Assembly: GCF_000143415.4 (NCBI RefSeq)
Contig: NW_003314279.1
Coordinates: 2,073,232-2,117,770 of the forward strand
Source of the DNA: Selaginella moellendorffii
Lineage: Eukaryota; Plantae; Lycopodiophyta
Direction: 5' to 3'
Length of the DNA stretch: 44,539 nt
A program made the translations under genes and the position numbers. Shown piece by piece: positions 33,422 to 44,539 of this stretch; position 1 is the stretch's first letter; each line of letters opens with the position of its first letter. A model generated the notes under the pieces. The model saw only the letters and a program-made list of their open reading frames with translations, did no database searches and was not told the origin of the DNA.

Positions 33422-36184
33422 GTATAAAAGGTTAATATCTTGGTGGCACTTTTGGATAGCAAAAATAGGAATTAGATATATAGAGTACTTGGACCAAAGT
33501 GCAAAGTTAGTGTGGCCTTGAGGCCATTTTTGGGTTGTAAGTTGCATAAAGGTTGTGATTGAGACTCCTTCAAGTGCAAAAGTGTAGTTAAGTGACTAAG
33601 TAGAATGAAAAATTTAAATAGAATCATATAGAATGCTTAACCATTACCAAACTATGTTAATTATATTAGTAAATAAATATATAATTAAGTTAATTCATTA
33701 TTAAATGACTTTATATAATATAAATACTATCCACATAGAATATATGTATAAAGGTTAAGGATATTTAAGCAGTAGGAGTAGCAAAGTAGAGCTTTAAGGG
33801 TAGTGAGGAACTTCATACTCAAGAGTTTCTCAAGGGATAATGCAATCAACTATATTTTAGGGATTGTTATCATAGCCTAAAATTGTATTTTGTAACTCAT
33901 TAAATTTTTTTTGTCAAGATCTATTTAGCTATAGAAATAAATATTTTTTCTTAAAATTACGTGAAGCTATAAATTTCTCTCACTTTAAATAAAAGATTGC
34001 AAGAGAAAAATGTTGTGAATTGCTTGATCTTGGGTAAAATAATATTTTCTAGTGAAATCACCAACTCCCAATAGTGGATATATACTTAAACTTAAGAACT
34101 TTCATCCTTCTTAATATCCATAAAAAGGTGAATATACCCCTTTCTTAAAATATCCCTTATTCCTCTAGAATATTCATGTAATAAAATATTTTAAGGAATT
34201 CACTACCTTTGGTATAACAATCTAGCACATTCAAATGTTAGTAAAACTATATTCATCTAGTGGTGATGTAAGTTTGGTAAATAACCTTATGGAAGGGTAA
34301 GGTGATTTAGATGATTTTGATCTTAAAAACTTTTCATTTATGAATGTTTTGCTTAATTTCCTGATAAGGAGGAAGAGCTATGTGTTGCATGTGTAGTGTT
34401 AAAGCTTTTTCTACATAAGGAAATATCATTAAGTCATAATAATTAAAATAAAACATTTCAAATGAAATCCATCTACTTAGAATCTCCAAGTAGCCAAAGG
34501 GAGGTGCTTTGCGTAGCCCCCACTGTGCGGCAATGAACCTAGTGGCACGTAAAATCAGAAGAATACTTTAGTAATCAACCATATTACAAAGAAATAATTT
34601 TAGCAAACATTTTAAAATTTAATAATAGACTATTAAATGGTGTGGGTGAAAGGTCAAGTGTTGCACTTCCAACAATTGTAACTATAAATGCATTTTATAC
34701 TTCCTCCTCAACAAGAAGAGTTTAGCTCTTTTGGGTTCAATGTAAACTTCAATCTTGATTGTGAACTAATGCCACAAAGTTATATTTTATATTATTTTTA
34801 ATAAGTTTTTTATTATTGGAGGATTTCTAGGTCCTACAAAAATTGAATATACTAAGGGTACATGGGCATTGAAGGAAGTGGGCTTTAACACTTTGTGGCA
34901 AGTTTGTATTAAGAATCCAAAGTTGATAAATGTGGCTACTTATGAGAATTTTACTTTCTCTATGTTTATTTTAATATTTGTGAGTAGAATGTAAGATGAA
35001 TTAATTGGAAAAATGAGTTTTGGAATTAAAGCCACTAACTTTTGGTAGACTTATTTATATGTGGTTATATTGGGTTTTTTGGATAACAATTTATAATGTT
35101 ATATAACAATATGAGTGATTCAAGAAATTCAATATCAAGAAAGTAAATATCTAGTAGATCTAAACACCTTTTATAAATAGCTAAAACAACCAAATTGACA
35201 CCAATATATAATAGCAAGAGTGTCTAGTGGATATGATAAGCTATTATATAGTGATATTGAGGGACTAGTGCTCAATATATAAAAGATTTTATCAAGCTAA
35301 TGCAAGACAAAACAAATAAGAACTAAAAATTTGGCTAGGTATACTCAATAAGAAATACATATGAGTTCTTATTATATGTTTATTTGGCTCAAATGTTAAA
35401 TCTAATTTAGTAACATTTGAAAAAAAACAACTAACAAAAGGAATTGGCAATATTGATTTTTTGCCATTGTGGCAATAAAGATAGAATATTTGAAAGATTT
35501 AATATATGATACCTAGGGTCATATTTGCAATACTACAAAAGACTTAGTAAATTGTTTTTCCATTGTTATACTTTAATCATTTCCCAATACTATGCAATCC
35601 ATTCAAAAAAAAGTTTTCAAAGATACATTTGAGACTGGAATTGGGGACCTAGAACTCACTCCAAACATTTCAAAACCAACATTTAGAATACAATATAATT
35701 AAAGCAGTTCTTTAATACTTTATAACTTTTATATAAATGTAGTGAGATATGCAATTCAATGCAGCCAAAATAACTAAATATGTGAGGGAGTTATATTGCA
35801 AAAAGTACTAATAACTTCTTTTTTTAAGTGCCGTTAAATACTATTGAGGACAAATCTATATATGTCTAAGAAACACAAAACAATTATGCAAAACTAAAGT
35901 GTTTGAGAAAATTTCTAGAGGTTAGAAATTTATTAAATATAGCTATCTAAGTTTGTTATTTCATACAACCTTCCAAGTCTATTTTACAATTACAAAATAG
36001 GAGTGATCACAATGATCTTGTAGAGAAAATATAAAAGGATCTAAATAATTATTTCTCTTAGGCAAAATGATCAATTTTTCCTAACAATACAACTTCAAAT
36101 ATCAAAGAAAGAGATGGTAGATCAACACAAATATATAGTTAGTCTAATTTGTTATTGTATGATATATATTTGTAATGCACATAG

Positions 36185-37570
36185 TTTTGACTCTATACCA
36201 TATAGTAATTTACCATAAGATAACCATATAGCAGAATTTTAACCCTTGGACACATATGCCAAGGGTAATATGAGTTTTAGGGCCTTGGGCTACTAAAAAA
36301 TTGAACATATAGTTGTAAGCTATAAATTTTTATTTTTCAATTTGCTAGCTTACTTTGTTTATTTGACCACCTTTGCCTTGACTTTAGTTAGGTTCTTTTG
36401 CTAAGGTTCATGTCTATCATACTAATTCCAACTTGATTCTACTTAGGTTCAACTATTTATTATATGAGCATGGGGGGTTAACCAACTCTTTACAGATTCC
36501 TAAAATTTCTTTTAATCCCCCTCCTTAAGTTAAATTGAACTTTAGGTTCATCTACAATCTTTGTAAGCACAAGCAACCAGGCACACTAAACCTCCAGATT
36601 CTTAACATCCTATAGTATAGTAAAACTTATTTATAAGACCTTTTAAATCCCAAGCGTTAGGTGCATTCTTTTAGTTTGGGAACCTAAAGGGAAACATTAT
36701 GGTTTAATGACTTGATATAGATACCTTAACTCCCCACCTCTGTCCTAAATGGAAAGCCCAAACCTTTAAGAAAAAGCAAAGACTAATGAACCTCATGATA
36801 CTCAAGTGGGACACCACTCTACCAGTGTTAGGAGCACTACAATTAGTTTGCTTTTCAGGAGTGGGAACTACTTTTGAGCACTTTCTTAAGAAGCCTCTTT
36901 AGCATTCCTTAAATCTATGCTTATTAACCCCTAATCCCAACCCTAACTTGATTTGGAAGCACTGCTGGAGAATTCCTTCAAGATTGCATCCTAACCTCAC
37001 TATCCCTATTATACTTTTGGAACCCTTTACATGTTTAAGAGATGATTGCTTTGAGCTTTCACCCTATGATCTGTATTAATATTTAAACTTAGCCCCTGGA
37101 CTTGGTTTTGGACTCAATCTTGAATTCGATCTCGGATCTCAAACTCAATCTCATCAAATGAACTCTTTATTATTTTGGTCTTGATTTTGGGGATCTTTTT
37201 AGCCTACAACACTTCAGTAAATTGGTGCCAAAAAGCAAAGGAATAAAAGCATATAAAAACTCATAAACATATAACTAAAGAGTAAAAAAAAAAGAGTATA
37301 GAGTGATATTGAAATAGTTCTAGAGCACATAACATCCTAACGTGAATACCTGTATGTAAACGGAGCTAAATAAAATCTAGGGTTATTTCAATATATCAAT
37401 AGTCTAATGCAAGGATATGGGTAATCCATTAGCTAGTGTGTTATAAAGTTTGGGCTTACACCCAAGTCAAATGAAAAACAAAAAGAAACATACTCAATAA
37501 GGAAATAAATAATGCCCAACCTACCTTTTATCCCTACTATATATTTTATACCTTCTATCCCTACTATCTA
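36185..37570. mobile_element. Old, heavily mutated LTR relic(s) related to the 26847-33421 LTR
   Basis: Blocks at ~36200-36295, ~37000-37025 and ~37310-37470 align to the LTR (e.g. ctagagcac-ataacatcc, aaacggagc, tatgggta-tcca--agctag, ttgggctta-acccaag) with many C>T and G>A changes. Confidence 0.65.
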
Positions 37571-38196
37571 AGGATACCTATAAGTTGTGTTATGTAATTG
37601 CACATACAATTAAGTAGTATTTTCCTTTTGAGCCTAATGTTTGTACATTTAGAGATTTTGCTAGATCATAAGATGGGCTATAAAGTACCTAAAAGAACTA
37701 ATTTAACAAGCTATAAGTGTGGCAGTTACTTCTCATGTATGTAGTGTAATTGAAAATTATTTATTTTGATCATAAAATGTTATAAGTTTGACAACAAATG
37801 CTACTCTTCAGATTGTTACCTTGATAATAAAGAAGATCCCAAAGAGGTAAAAATGTTTTAAGATGTATATGTCATTGATTCATTATATTAAGGATTCTAT
37901 GCCAAAATTATTAGCTAATAACAATCCAATATAATTGTATAATTTTAAAATATAAGATTACTATTAGATTAAAATTTAGACTATAATGTGCAAGTATATT
38001 TAAGAATACTCTAAGTTTTGATTAATAAAATTAATTACAGAATCTAAATATTTTTTCTATCAAATTTTATAAAAAAAATTTGAAATAATAATTAGATTTT
38101 AAGAATTTGACTCTATATGGTAGTAGATTTACTTTGTTTTAATATAGCACTAATAAAAGCTGAAATTTCCCTCTATGTACCTTCACGACTATATAG

Positions 38197-38330
38197 TGGT
38201 TAGTTCTTTTTTGATTCATCATCCCTCTCAGGGTATGTTATGCCTCTCCAAACAGTAGTTGATTGGTTAGTTCTTTTTTGATTCATCATCCCTCTCAGGA
38301 TATGTTATGCCTCTCCAAACAGTAGTTGAT
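38197..38330 (+). repeat. Tandem duplication, 2 x 67 bp
   Basis: tggttagttcttttttgattcatcatccctctcagg(g/a)tatgttatgcctctccaaacagtagttgat occurs twice with one mismatch. Confidence 0.92.
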
Positions 38331-38964
38331 TGATTGTAATGCCAAAAGTTTGCACCTCTAATTGCGTTTTTTGCTTAGATGAAATAAAATAATAAAGAAT
38401 AAAATCTAAACATTAAAATCTTAAATGTTAATTAAAATAAAAAGATATTTTTATTTTTTAAATTATGTTTATTTAGGCTGAAAAGGACCAATAAGTAAAT
38501 AATTTTAAATTTTATTTTATCTAAATTTAAAATATCTTGTTTAAAATAAGGTTGTAATTTAAGCTTAGAATTTTGCACTGGTGTTTTATTATATTACAAC
38601 TTTCAGTGCAGGTAAAGGAAATTGAGTTGCTAACATAACTTAATTATCTTGGAGCTCTTTCGCCCCATGATGGAGATAAGTCTTGTTTTCTTGAGCTTAC
38701 CATCTTTGAAAAAGAAGCTTTGGGAGTTTTTCTAGGACTTTTCCAACACCACCTCCATAATCCATCACGCTAATGCATGGGCTGTATTGCAAGGCTCTCC
38801 TCTGCAAGGCCAATGAGATGATCAACAGCAATGCTAAGATGGGCATTCTCAAGGACTACATGATGCCTTTGTATGTACTTGATGTATAATGTTAGTGTTA
38901 TGCTTGCATAGCACCCACCCAAATTCAGGAGCTGCAAAAAAAAAGAATCTATTGCATGAGTGAT

Positions 38965-39024
38965 CCGCTGGTGAATTGTCCGGTCAGCCAGCAGACCATG
39001 TATCTCCAGCAGCAACAAGCATGA
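38965..39024 (+). pseudogene. PPCS: Detached 3' tail of PPCS copy B (last ~19 codons)
   Basis: ccgctggtgaattgtccggtcagccagcagaccatgtatctccagcagcaacaagcatga matches 12460-12519. Confidence 0.85.
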
Positions 39025-40961
39025 ATCCGGCAGCTGCACGAGAGCTTTGCCTCGATCTAGAGAAGTGCGTTCTTCTCATCAAATCCTCCACAACAATCGC
39101 CCAGGCCAAGTCCACTCACTTGCGAGTTCTTCCTTGTCTCAAACACTTTCCCGGCTCCCAGGTCTTCCTCTCCAATCTCCTCATACAAATGTACGGAAGA
39201 TGTGGCAGCATCTCCGATGCTTGCTTGGTCTTTGAGGGAATCCAAGATAAGAATTCCTTCTCGTGGGATCTTTTACTCTCGGCATATGCCCAAAACGGGC
39301 ATATTCAAAAGGCAAAGTACGTTTTTGATGAGATGCCACAAAGGTCCCCGGCATCATGGACGGCCATGTTGGTGTCATACGCACGGAGTGGCCACCTTGG
39401 TGATGCCGAGGATATGTACAAATACATGCCCTTTAAAGACATTGTGGCCAAAACCTCTATTCTTGTGGCATATGCCCAATTGGGGCATCTTGCTAAAGCG
39501 CTTAAAATCTTTAGCGAGATGCCTCGCGCTGATCAAATTTGCTGGAATGCAATGCTTTCGGCCCACACCCTAAACGGGAATCTCATGGACGCTAGAAGAT
39601 TTTTTAAGTCAATGCCTGCAAGGAATCTATCATCGTGGACGACTATGCTCTTGGCATATTCTCAAGCTGGGCATCTGGTTGGCGCCAGTTACATATTTGA
39701 TTCTATGCCCTACAGGGACATGGTGTGCTGGAACGCGATGTTCACGGCATTCTCCATCCACGGATGTCTGGAAGAGGCGCGAGGAATGTTTGAAGTGATG
39801 CCTGAGCGAGATCTTGTGTCGTTCAATGGGATGCTGTGTGGATTCGTCTACAATTTTGCCAGGGATTTGGAGCACGAGATGGTGGAGGAATCGAGAAAAC
39901 TTTTTGATTCAATGCCGGAGCGTGATCTCGTGTCTTGGACGAACATGATCTGCCTGTATGGCCAGAGTGGAGATCTGGAAAAGGCGCAAGAAGTATTTAA
40001 TTCCATGCCGGATTTTGACGTCGTTTCAAGGACAGCGCTTCTTGTCGCCTTTACCCAAAATGGCGATCTCGCTGCTGCTAGAAACGCATTCGACCAGATG
40101 CCGCAGCGGGATATCATCGCCTGGAATGCTATGCTTCTTGCAAATGCTCAGCATGGAAAGTTTGTGGAGGCTAGAGCCTTTTTCGCCGCCATGCCAGTGA
40201 GAGATCTTGTTTCGTGGAACACAATGCTCATTGCCTATGCCGAGCGCGGCGATTTGGAATCCGCTAAACTTTGCTTTGATTCTATGCCGGGAAGGGATCA
40301 AGTATCCTGGAATGCTCTAATTTCCGCGTATGCCGAAGCCGGCCATTTGTCACTGTCGACATTGATGTTTGATAGTGCGCCTTATCACGATCTAATCTCT
40401 TGGAATGCAAGGTTAACAGCATTCACGCACCATCTACAGTTTACGGAATCAGTTAAGATCTTTCACCAAATGCCAGACCGAAACATGGTGTCCTGGAATG
40501 CAATGCTCTTGGCATTTGCCAGAACTGGGCATGCGGTAAAGGCCTTAGCGTTTTTCCATGCCATGCCTGCTTGGGATGTTATTTCCTTCAACACCATATT
40601 GGACATGAATTGGAGTATGCAGCTCTTGGCTGCGATGCTTTTGGAGGGATTCTTTGCTGATGATGTGACGTTCACATCAGTTTTGTTGGGTTGTAGTCAT
40701 CAAGGTGGAATAGTAAATGCAGGGTCAGTCTTTTTGTCTATGATAGTTGACCATGGACTTACTGTAAGGAGGGAACAATATGGATGTGTGGTTGATCTTC
40801 TTTGCAGAAGTGTTCATTTGTGTGGAGCTAAAGAAGTTCTACTTGCCATGCCATTTACACTAGACAGCTGTGATCGGGTCTGTATGCTGGAAGCATCAAA
40901 CAATAAGATTTATTCTCCTTATTTCTCATTAAAAAGAAAAATCAGAAACAAGTACAATTAA
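39021..40961 (+). CDS. PLS-class PPR protein with ~15 tandem 31-aa S/SS-type motifs, a partial E domain and no DYW; 646 aa, intronless
   Basis: An uninterrupted ORF whose first ATG is at 39021 (the ORF track opens at a TTG at 38976). Repeats MPxRDxVSWNAMLxAYAQxG and ends with TFTSVLLGCSHQG...YGCVVDLLCRS...MPF. Confidence 0.9.
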   Translation: MNPAAARELCLDLEKCVLLIKSSTTIAQAKSTHLRVLPCLKHFPGSQVFLSNLLIQMYGRCGSISDACLVFEGIQDKNSFSWDLLLSAYAQNGHIQKAKYVFDEMPQRSPASWTAMLVSYARSGHLGDAEDMYKYMPFKDIVAKTSILVAYAQLGHLAKALKIFSEMPRADQICWNAMLSAHTLNGNLMDARRFFKSMPARNLSSWTTMLLAYSQAGHLVGASYIFDSMPYRDMVCWNAMFTAFSIHGCLEEARGMFEVMPERDLVSFNGMLCGFVYNFARDLEHEMVEESRKLFDSMPERDLVSWTNMICLYGQSGDLEKAQEVFNSMPDFDVVSRTALLVAFTQNGDLAAARNAFDQMPQRDIIAWNAMLLANAQHGKFVEARAFFAAMPVRDLVSWNTMLIAYAERGDLESAKLCFDSMPGRDQVSWNALISAYAEAGHLSLSTLMFDSAPYHDLISWNARLTAFTHHLQFTESVKIFHQMPDRNMVSWNAMLLAFARTGHAVKALAFFHAMPAWDVISFNTILDMNWSMQLLAAMLLEGFFADDVTFTSVLLGCSHQGGIVNAGSVFLSMIVDHGLTVRREQYGCVVDLLCRSVHLCGAKEVLLAMPFTLDSCDRVCMLEASNNKIYSPYFSLKRKIRNKYN

Positions 40962-43900
40962 ATTAATAAACATAAAATTGAAGGTTTAAACCAGTTTATT
41001 ATTTCTGGCTTTTATCAAACCTCAAAAATAGATAGTAAAATCCGTGTAGAGTTCTTTTCAAATTACAAACTTAAATTTATCTTGAATTTGATATTGTATG
41101 CATGTATGTACTGTGTAGAATTATTGTCTATAACCATTATCAAACCTCAAAAATATCATATTGAAGGAAGAAAATCCAAAGTTTTTGCATACAATTGATT
41201 TGAGAGAATTTAAATTTATAGCAGCTTTGAGAGAATTTAAGCAATTTGTACAATTATAATCTGGAAGAAGAGAAGGGAAAAAAATTGAGAAGCTATAAAT
41301 TCACACATGATTAGGAAATGTTGATGATATATTCTTATTGATCAAGCTATAAAGAATGGCTAAGTCTCTCACAGATTGACTATTAGTTTTAAATTTAATA
41401 TAGTTATATCTGACTACGGCATTAAAAGGCAAAAGTCAAATAATGATGCTTTCTAATTTTATTTTTTGCAAAATATATCAAATATAAAAAATTAATAGCC
41501 AAGAATATATTCACTAATGTATTAAGGTTATATTCTTGATTTTAAGGAGGTTGTCTTGGGATAATTATAACATGAAATAGTTAGCTGATAAAGAAATTAA
41601 TAAGAGTTAAAGTTGGCTGGTGAATAAGAATTGAAGTTGGCTATTGAAGTGATCAATAGGAATTAAATCCTTGATATCTTTTATTGATTATTTACTAAAA
41701 TACAAGTATATTTTAGATGGTAGTGAATATACCTAAAATATACTTGGTATTCTAACATCTAACGGTTTTATTCATTTAGATTAATCTTTATTTATAATTT
41801 ATAAACATGTTTATAAATTATAAGCATTCTATAATATATTATAGTTTATTATAACATCTATGGTTGATATTAAATAATATTAATCTTATTTTACAAATTA
41901 TAAATATATTTATAATTATAAAATTCCATTTGATCAATTAGATTAATAAGTAAGAATAATAGTACTATTAAAAAAGTCATTGTATGCAACATGCAGGAAA
42001 TTATTTTAAAATTTTATAAAGAAAATAAGATATTATTGAAAGGATTATACCTGTACAATAATGATTGTTAGCAGAGGTATTTTTTATTTCAATATAATAA
42101 AACTACTAACATATAAAGGCCTCACACTTTATTTAATAAGTCAACTATAGTCAATATTTAAAACTTACCTAGTTATCCCCAAGAATGAGTTCTGATTATG
42201 CTTGTCTTGGTGTCATTTGTTTAATCTCAAATATATCTTTATGAATATCATTCATACATGTATCCTCTTTCCTTGATAACACATATTATGCCAATAAAAA
42301 ACATTAGATGAATTATCACCCCTAATTGAAGTCATATGAGAGAAGGGAAATCTAATACATTGTAAATAAAAACAAAAGATTAAACATACAAGTTTTTACT
42401 TATACAGTTCAAGATGGGATATAATATACATATTGTTGTAGCTATAGCAATGAATATATGATTGCATGTTGGAGCATTATATATTTACACATATGTGGAT
42501 TAATTTTTTTGTTTTGAGTTGTATGCAAAAATATTATACATACAATCACTTTTCGATTGCCATCTCTGCCAAGCATATGTGTAATATATAATGTTGTCTT
42601 TGCCACCAAATGTTTGTAATAAATTTGGTAGATATACATCCAACAAGTTTGAGTAAGTGAATATAACTTATTGTAAGCTGAGGTAAATATATTGGCCATG
42701 ATCTTCTTAAAGTCAATGCTCAATGTTATATGGTGGATATTGTGCTGTGTTGAAAGCCTATTTGGAGAGCACTAGTCACCACTGTTGTCTTGACAAAGAG
42801 AATGCAATGCACAATATTCTTGATGGCAAACTCAAGAGTCTTTCAGTACATAGTACCAACCTCCACCACCCCAAAATCTTTATATATTCTTATAGACCTT
42901 TGTTTTGCCTTCTGTTACTGAGTAAAATTTGTTAGTCATCTGTCCTTCCACCACACTTCATATAGTGTTGAGTGGCTCCCATATGCATAGCACATAGAGG
43001 TGAAGGTCCTCAAACACCACCCACTATTGTGTGCTAAAATGAAATGCATCTATACCATTGCAAACCACATAAAGCAAAGCAACTACATAGGCAATCTGAT
43101 TGCATCTTTGCTACTAGGATATGAAACATCATGATCCCAACCACATACACCTATATGAAATTTTTATATGTGTGCAGATGCCTTTCATGTTTGGATTGAT
43201 GATTGAGTGGCTATATGAGTTGACCAAAAATTGGCCCCAAGAGCATGTGTGTGCTAACTTCACCCTCCCTCATACTTGTTGAAGTATGAATGCAAAACAA
43301 GCTGTACTTAGCCCCAAGCAGCTTTCATAGCTTGTCTCATTGACCCTCCAAAGTCTTGCATATTGTCATCTAACACCATCTGGCTACCAATAAACCGGCC
43401 ATACACAAAGTAAAGAGGGGAAAGCCATCTTGTTCCTCTAAACATGGATGCAAAGCCTGTATATTAAGGCAAATTTATACACACTTGCAACACTCTAAAT
43501 TTGAAAAAAATATATATTACATGCTCACCTAGCAAATATGAAAAACTATGTATTGCATGCTCACTTGGCAAGTTTTGAGGAGTTTGGGGTATCTAGAGCT
43601 GTGAATTGCATTTAGGAGTGGTTGAAGAGCCCATATGGCCTCATTATGGTAGTGGGCTCATTAAGCTTTATATTCATGCTCTATTACTTTGAGCAATTCC
43701 TATGGTATCGAATGCACTTTTTGTCACAATGGAAACATCCTCTTCACCCACTTTTGTGCCACATTAAATAGTTATGAAAAATATCAAAGTCCACCACTAA
43801 ACTCCTGTGAGAGATTTGCTACTTGATTGTTATGCAAATTGATAACTCTATAAATTCCTCAACTTTTGTGTCCAAGGACAAAAGAATACCCTCCCAAATG

Positions 43901-44539
43901 TCTATATTGGGTAGTGTCCAAACCTACAATACAAAATACACACATTTCCCCACTATGGCATCTAGTCTTAAAAAGGTTGCTTTATTCTCCAATTATAGTA
44001 GAAGGTAATAGTGGCATAAGTGTGCATCCTCGCCTATATCCATAATGTATTTATGTGCAATCTTAATAGCCACTAAGGCCCCTAGCAAGTTTATCAAGTT
44101 TACATACATGCATGTTTGGCATCACAAAGTTGTAACCCTACACAGTATATCTGTGTGTTATTGATTAGCCGTAAAAAATCAATGTTATTATTTTCACATA
44201 GACAGAGGAAGTCTATCATATGGCCAATCTGTACCCTATCCTTTCATCCAATGCCACCACACTCTCTTCATCCTCTATTGAAACTGCCTCCTTTGTGGTT
44301 ATAGCATTTATATTTACATCCGATATTGCATTAGTAACTACATCTATCTCCACGAGGACTTCGTTAAAAGTATGGGTTGAGAAGTGGGGCAACTTTGTAG
44401 TTGGCCCCAGTTGATGCAAGTTTAGAACTAACTTGGGTTCGTGTACCTCTAGAACCACCAAGTCTTAATGGTCATCAAATAGAATGACTACCTCTTGGCT
44501 TGGAGGATTATAAATTAAACAGCACCTTGCTGGCACGAT

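Noticed and set aside
38976-39020. 15-aa N-terminal extension of the PPR shown in the ORF track
   Set aside because: It starts at a TTG and is an alternative frame of the PPCS tail. The first ATG is at 39021.

Overview
Plant nuclear DNA, very probably the lycophyte Selaginella moellendorffii. That call rests on intronless microbial-type terpene synthases (MTPSL), SS-motif-rich PLS-class PPR genes and 49-68 nt introns. The window holds three copies of one very compact, same-strand cassette: P-class PPR > MTPSL > PLS-PPR > phosphopantothenate-cysteine ligase (PPCS/CoaB) > PLS-PPR. Copy 1 is inverted, partial and pseudogenised (1-1920). Copy A spans ~7837-15420. Copy B spans ~18903-41630 and is split inside PPCS by ~15 kb of transposon debris, including a young 6.6-kb LTR element. 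Apparently intact genes are two MTPSLs (8736-9782 and 20158-21204, 21 aa differences), one 9-exon PPCS (11140-12519) and one PLS-PPR (39021-40961). The most striking feature is the operon-like packing: spacers of about 160, 43 and 69 nt, and a bacterial-style ATGA overlap between the PPCS stop and the next PPR start, seen in both copies. Copies A and B show reciprocal gene loss. The remainder is AT-rich, CpG-poor decayed TE sequence (gag-like relics, a Helitron RepHel relic, old LTR relics) plus two assembly gaps. All alignments were done by eye and no database searches were run.
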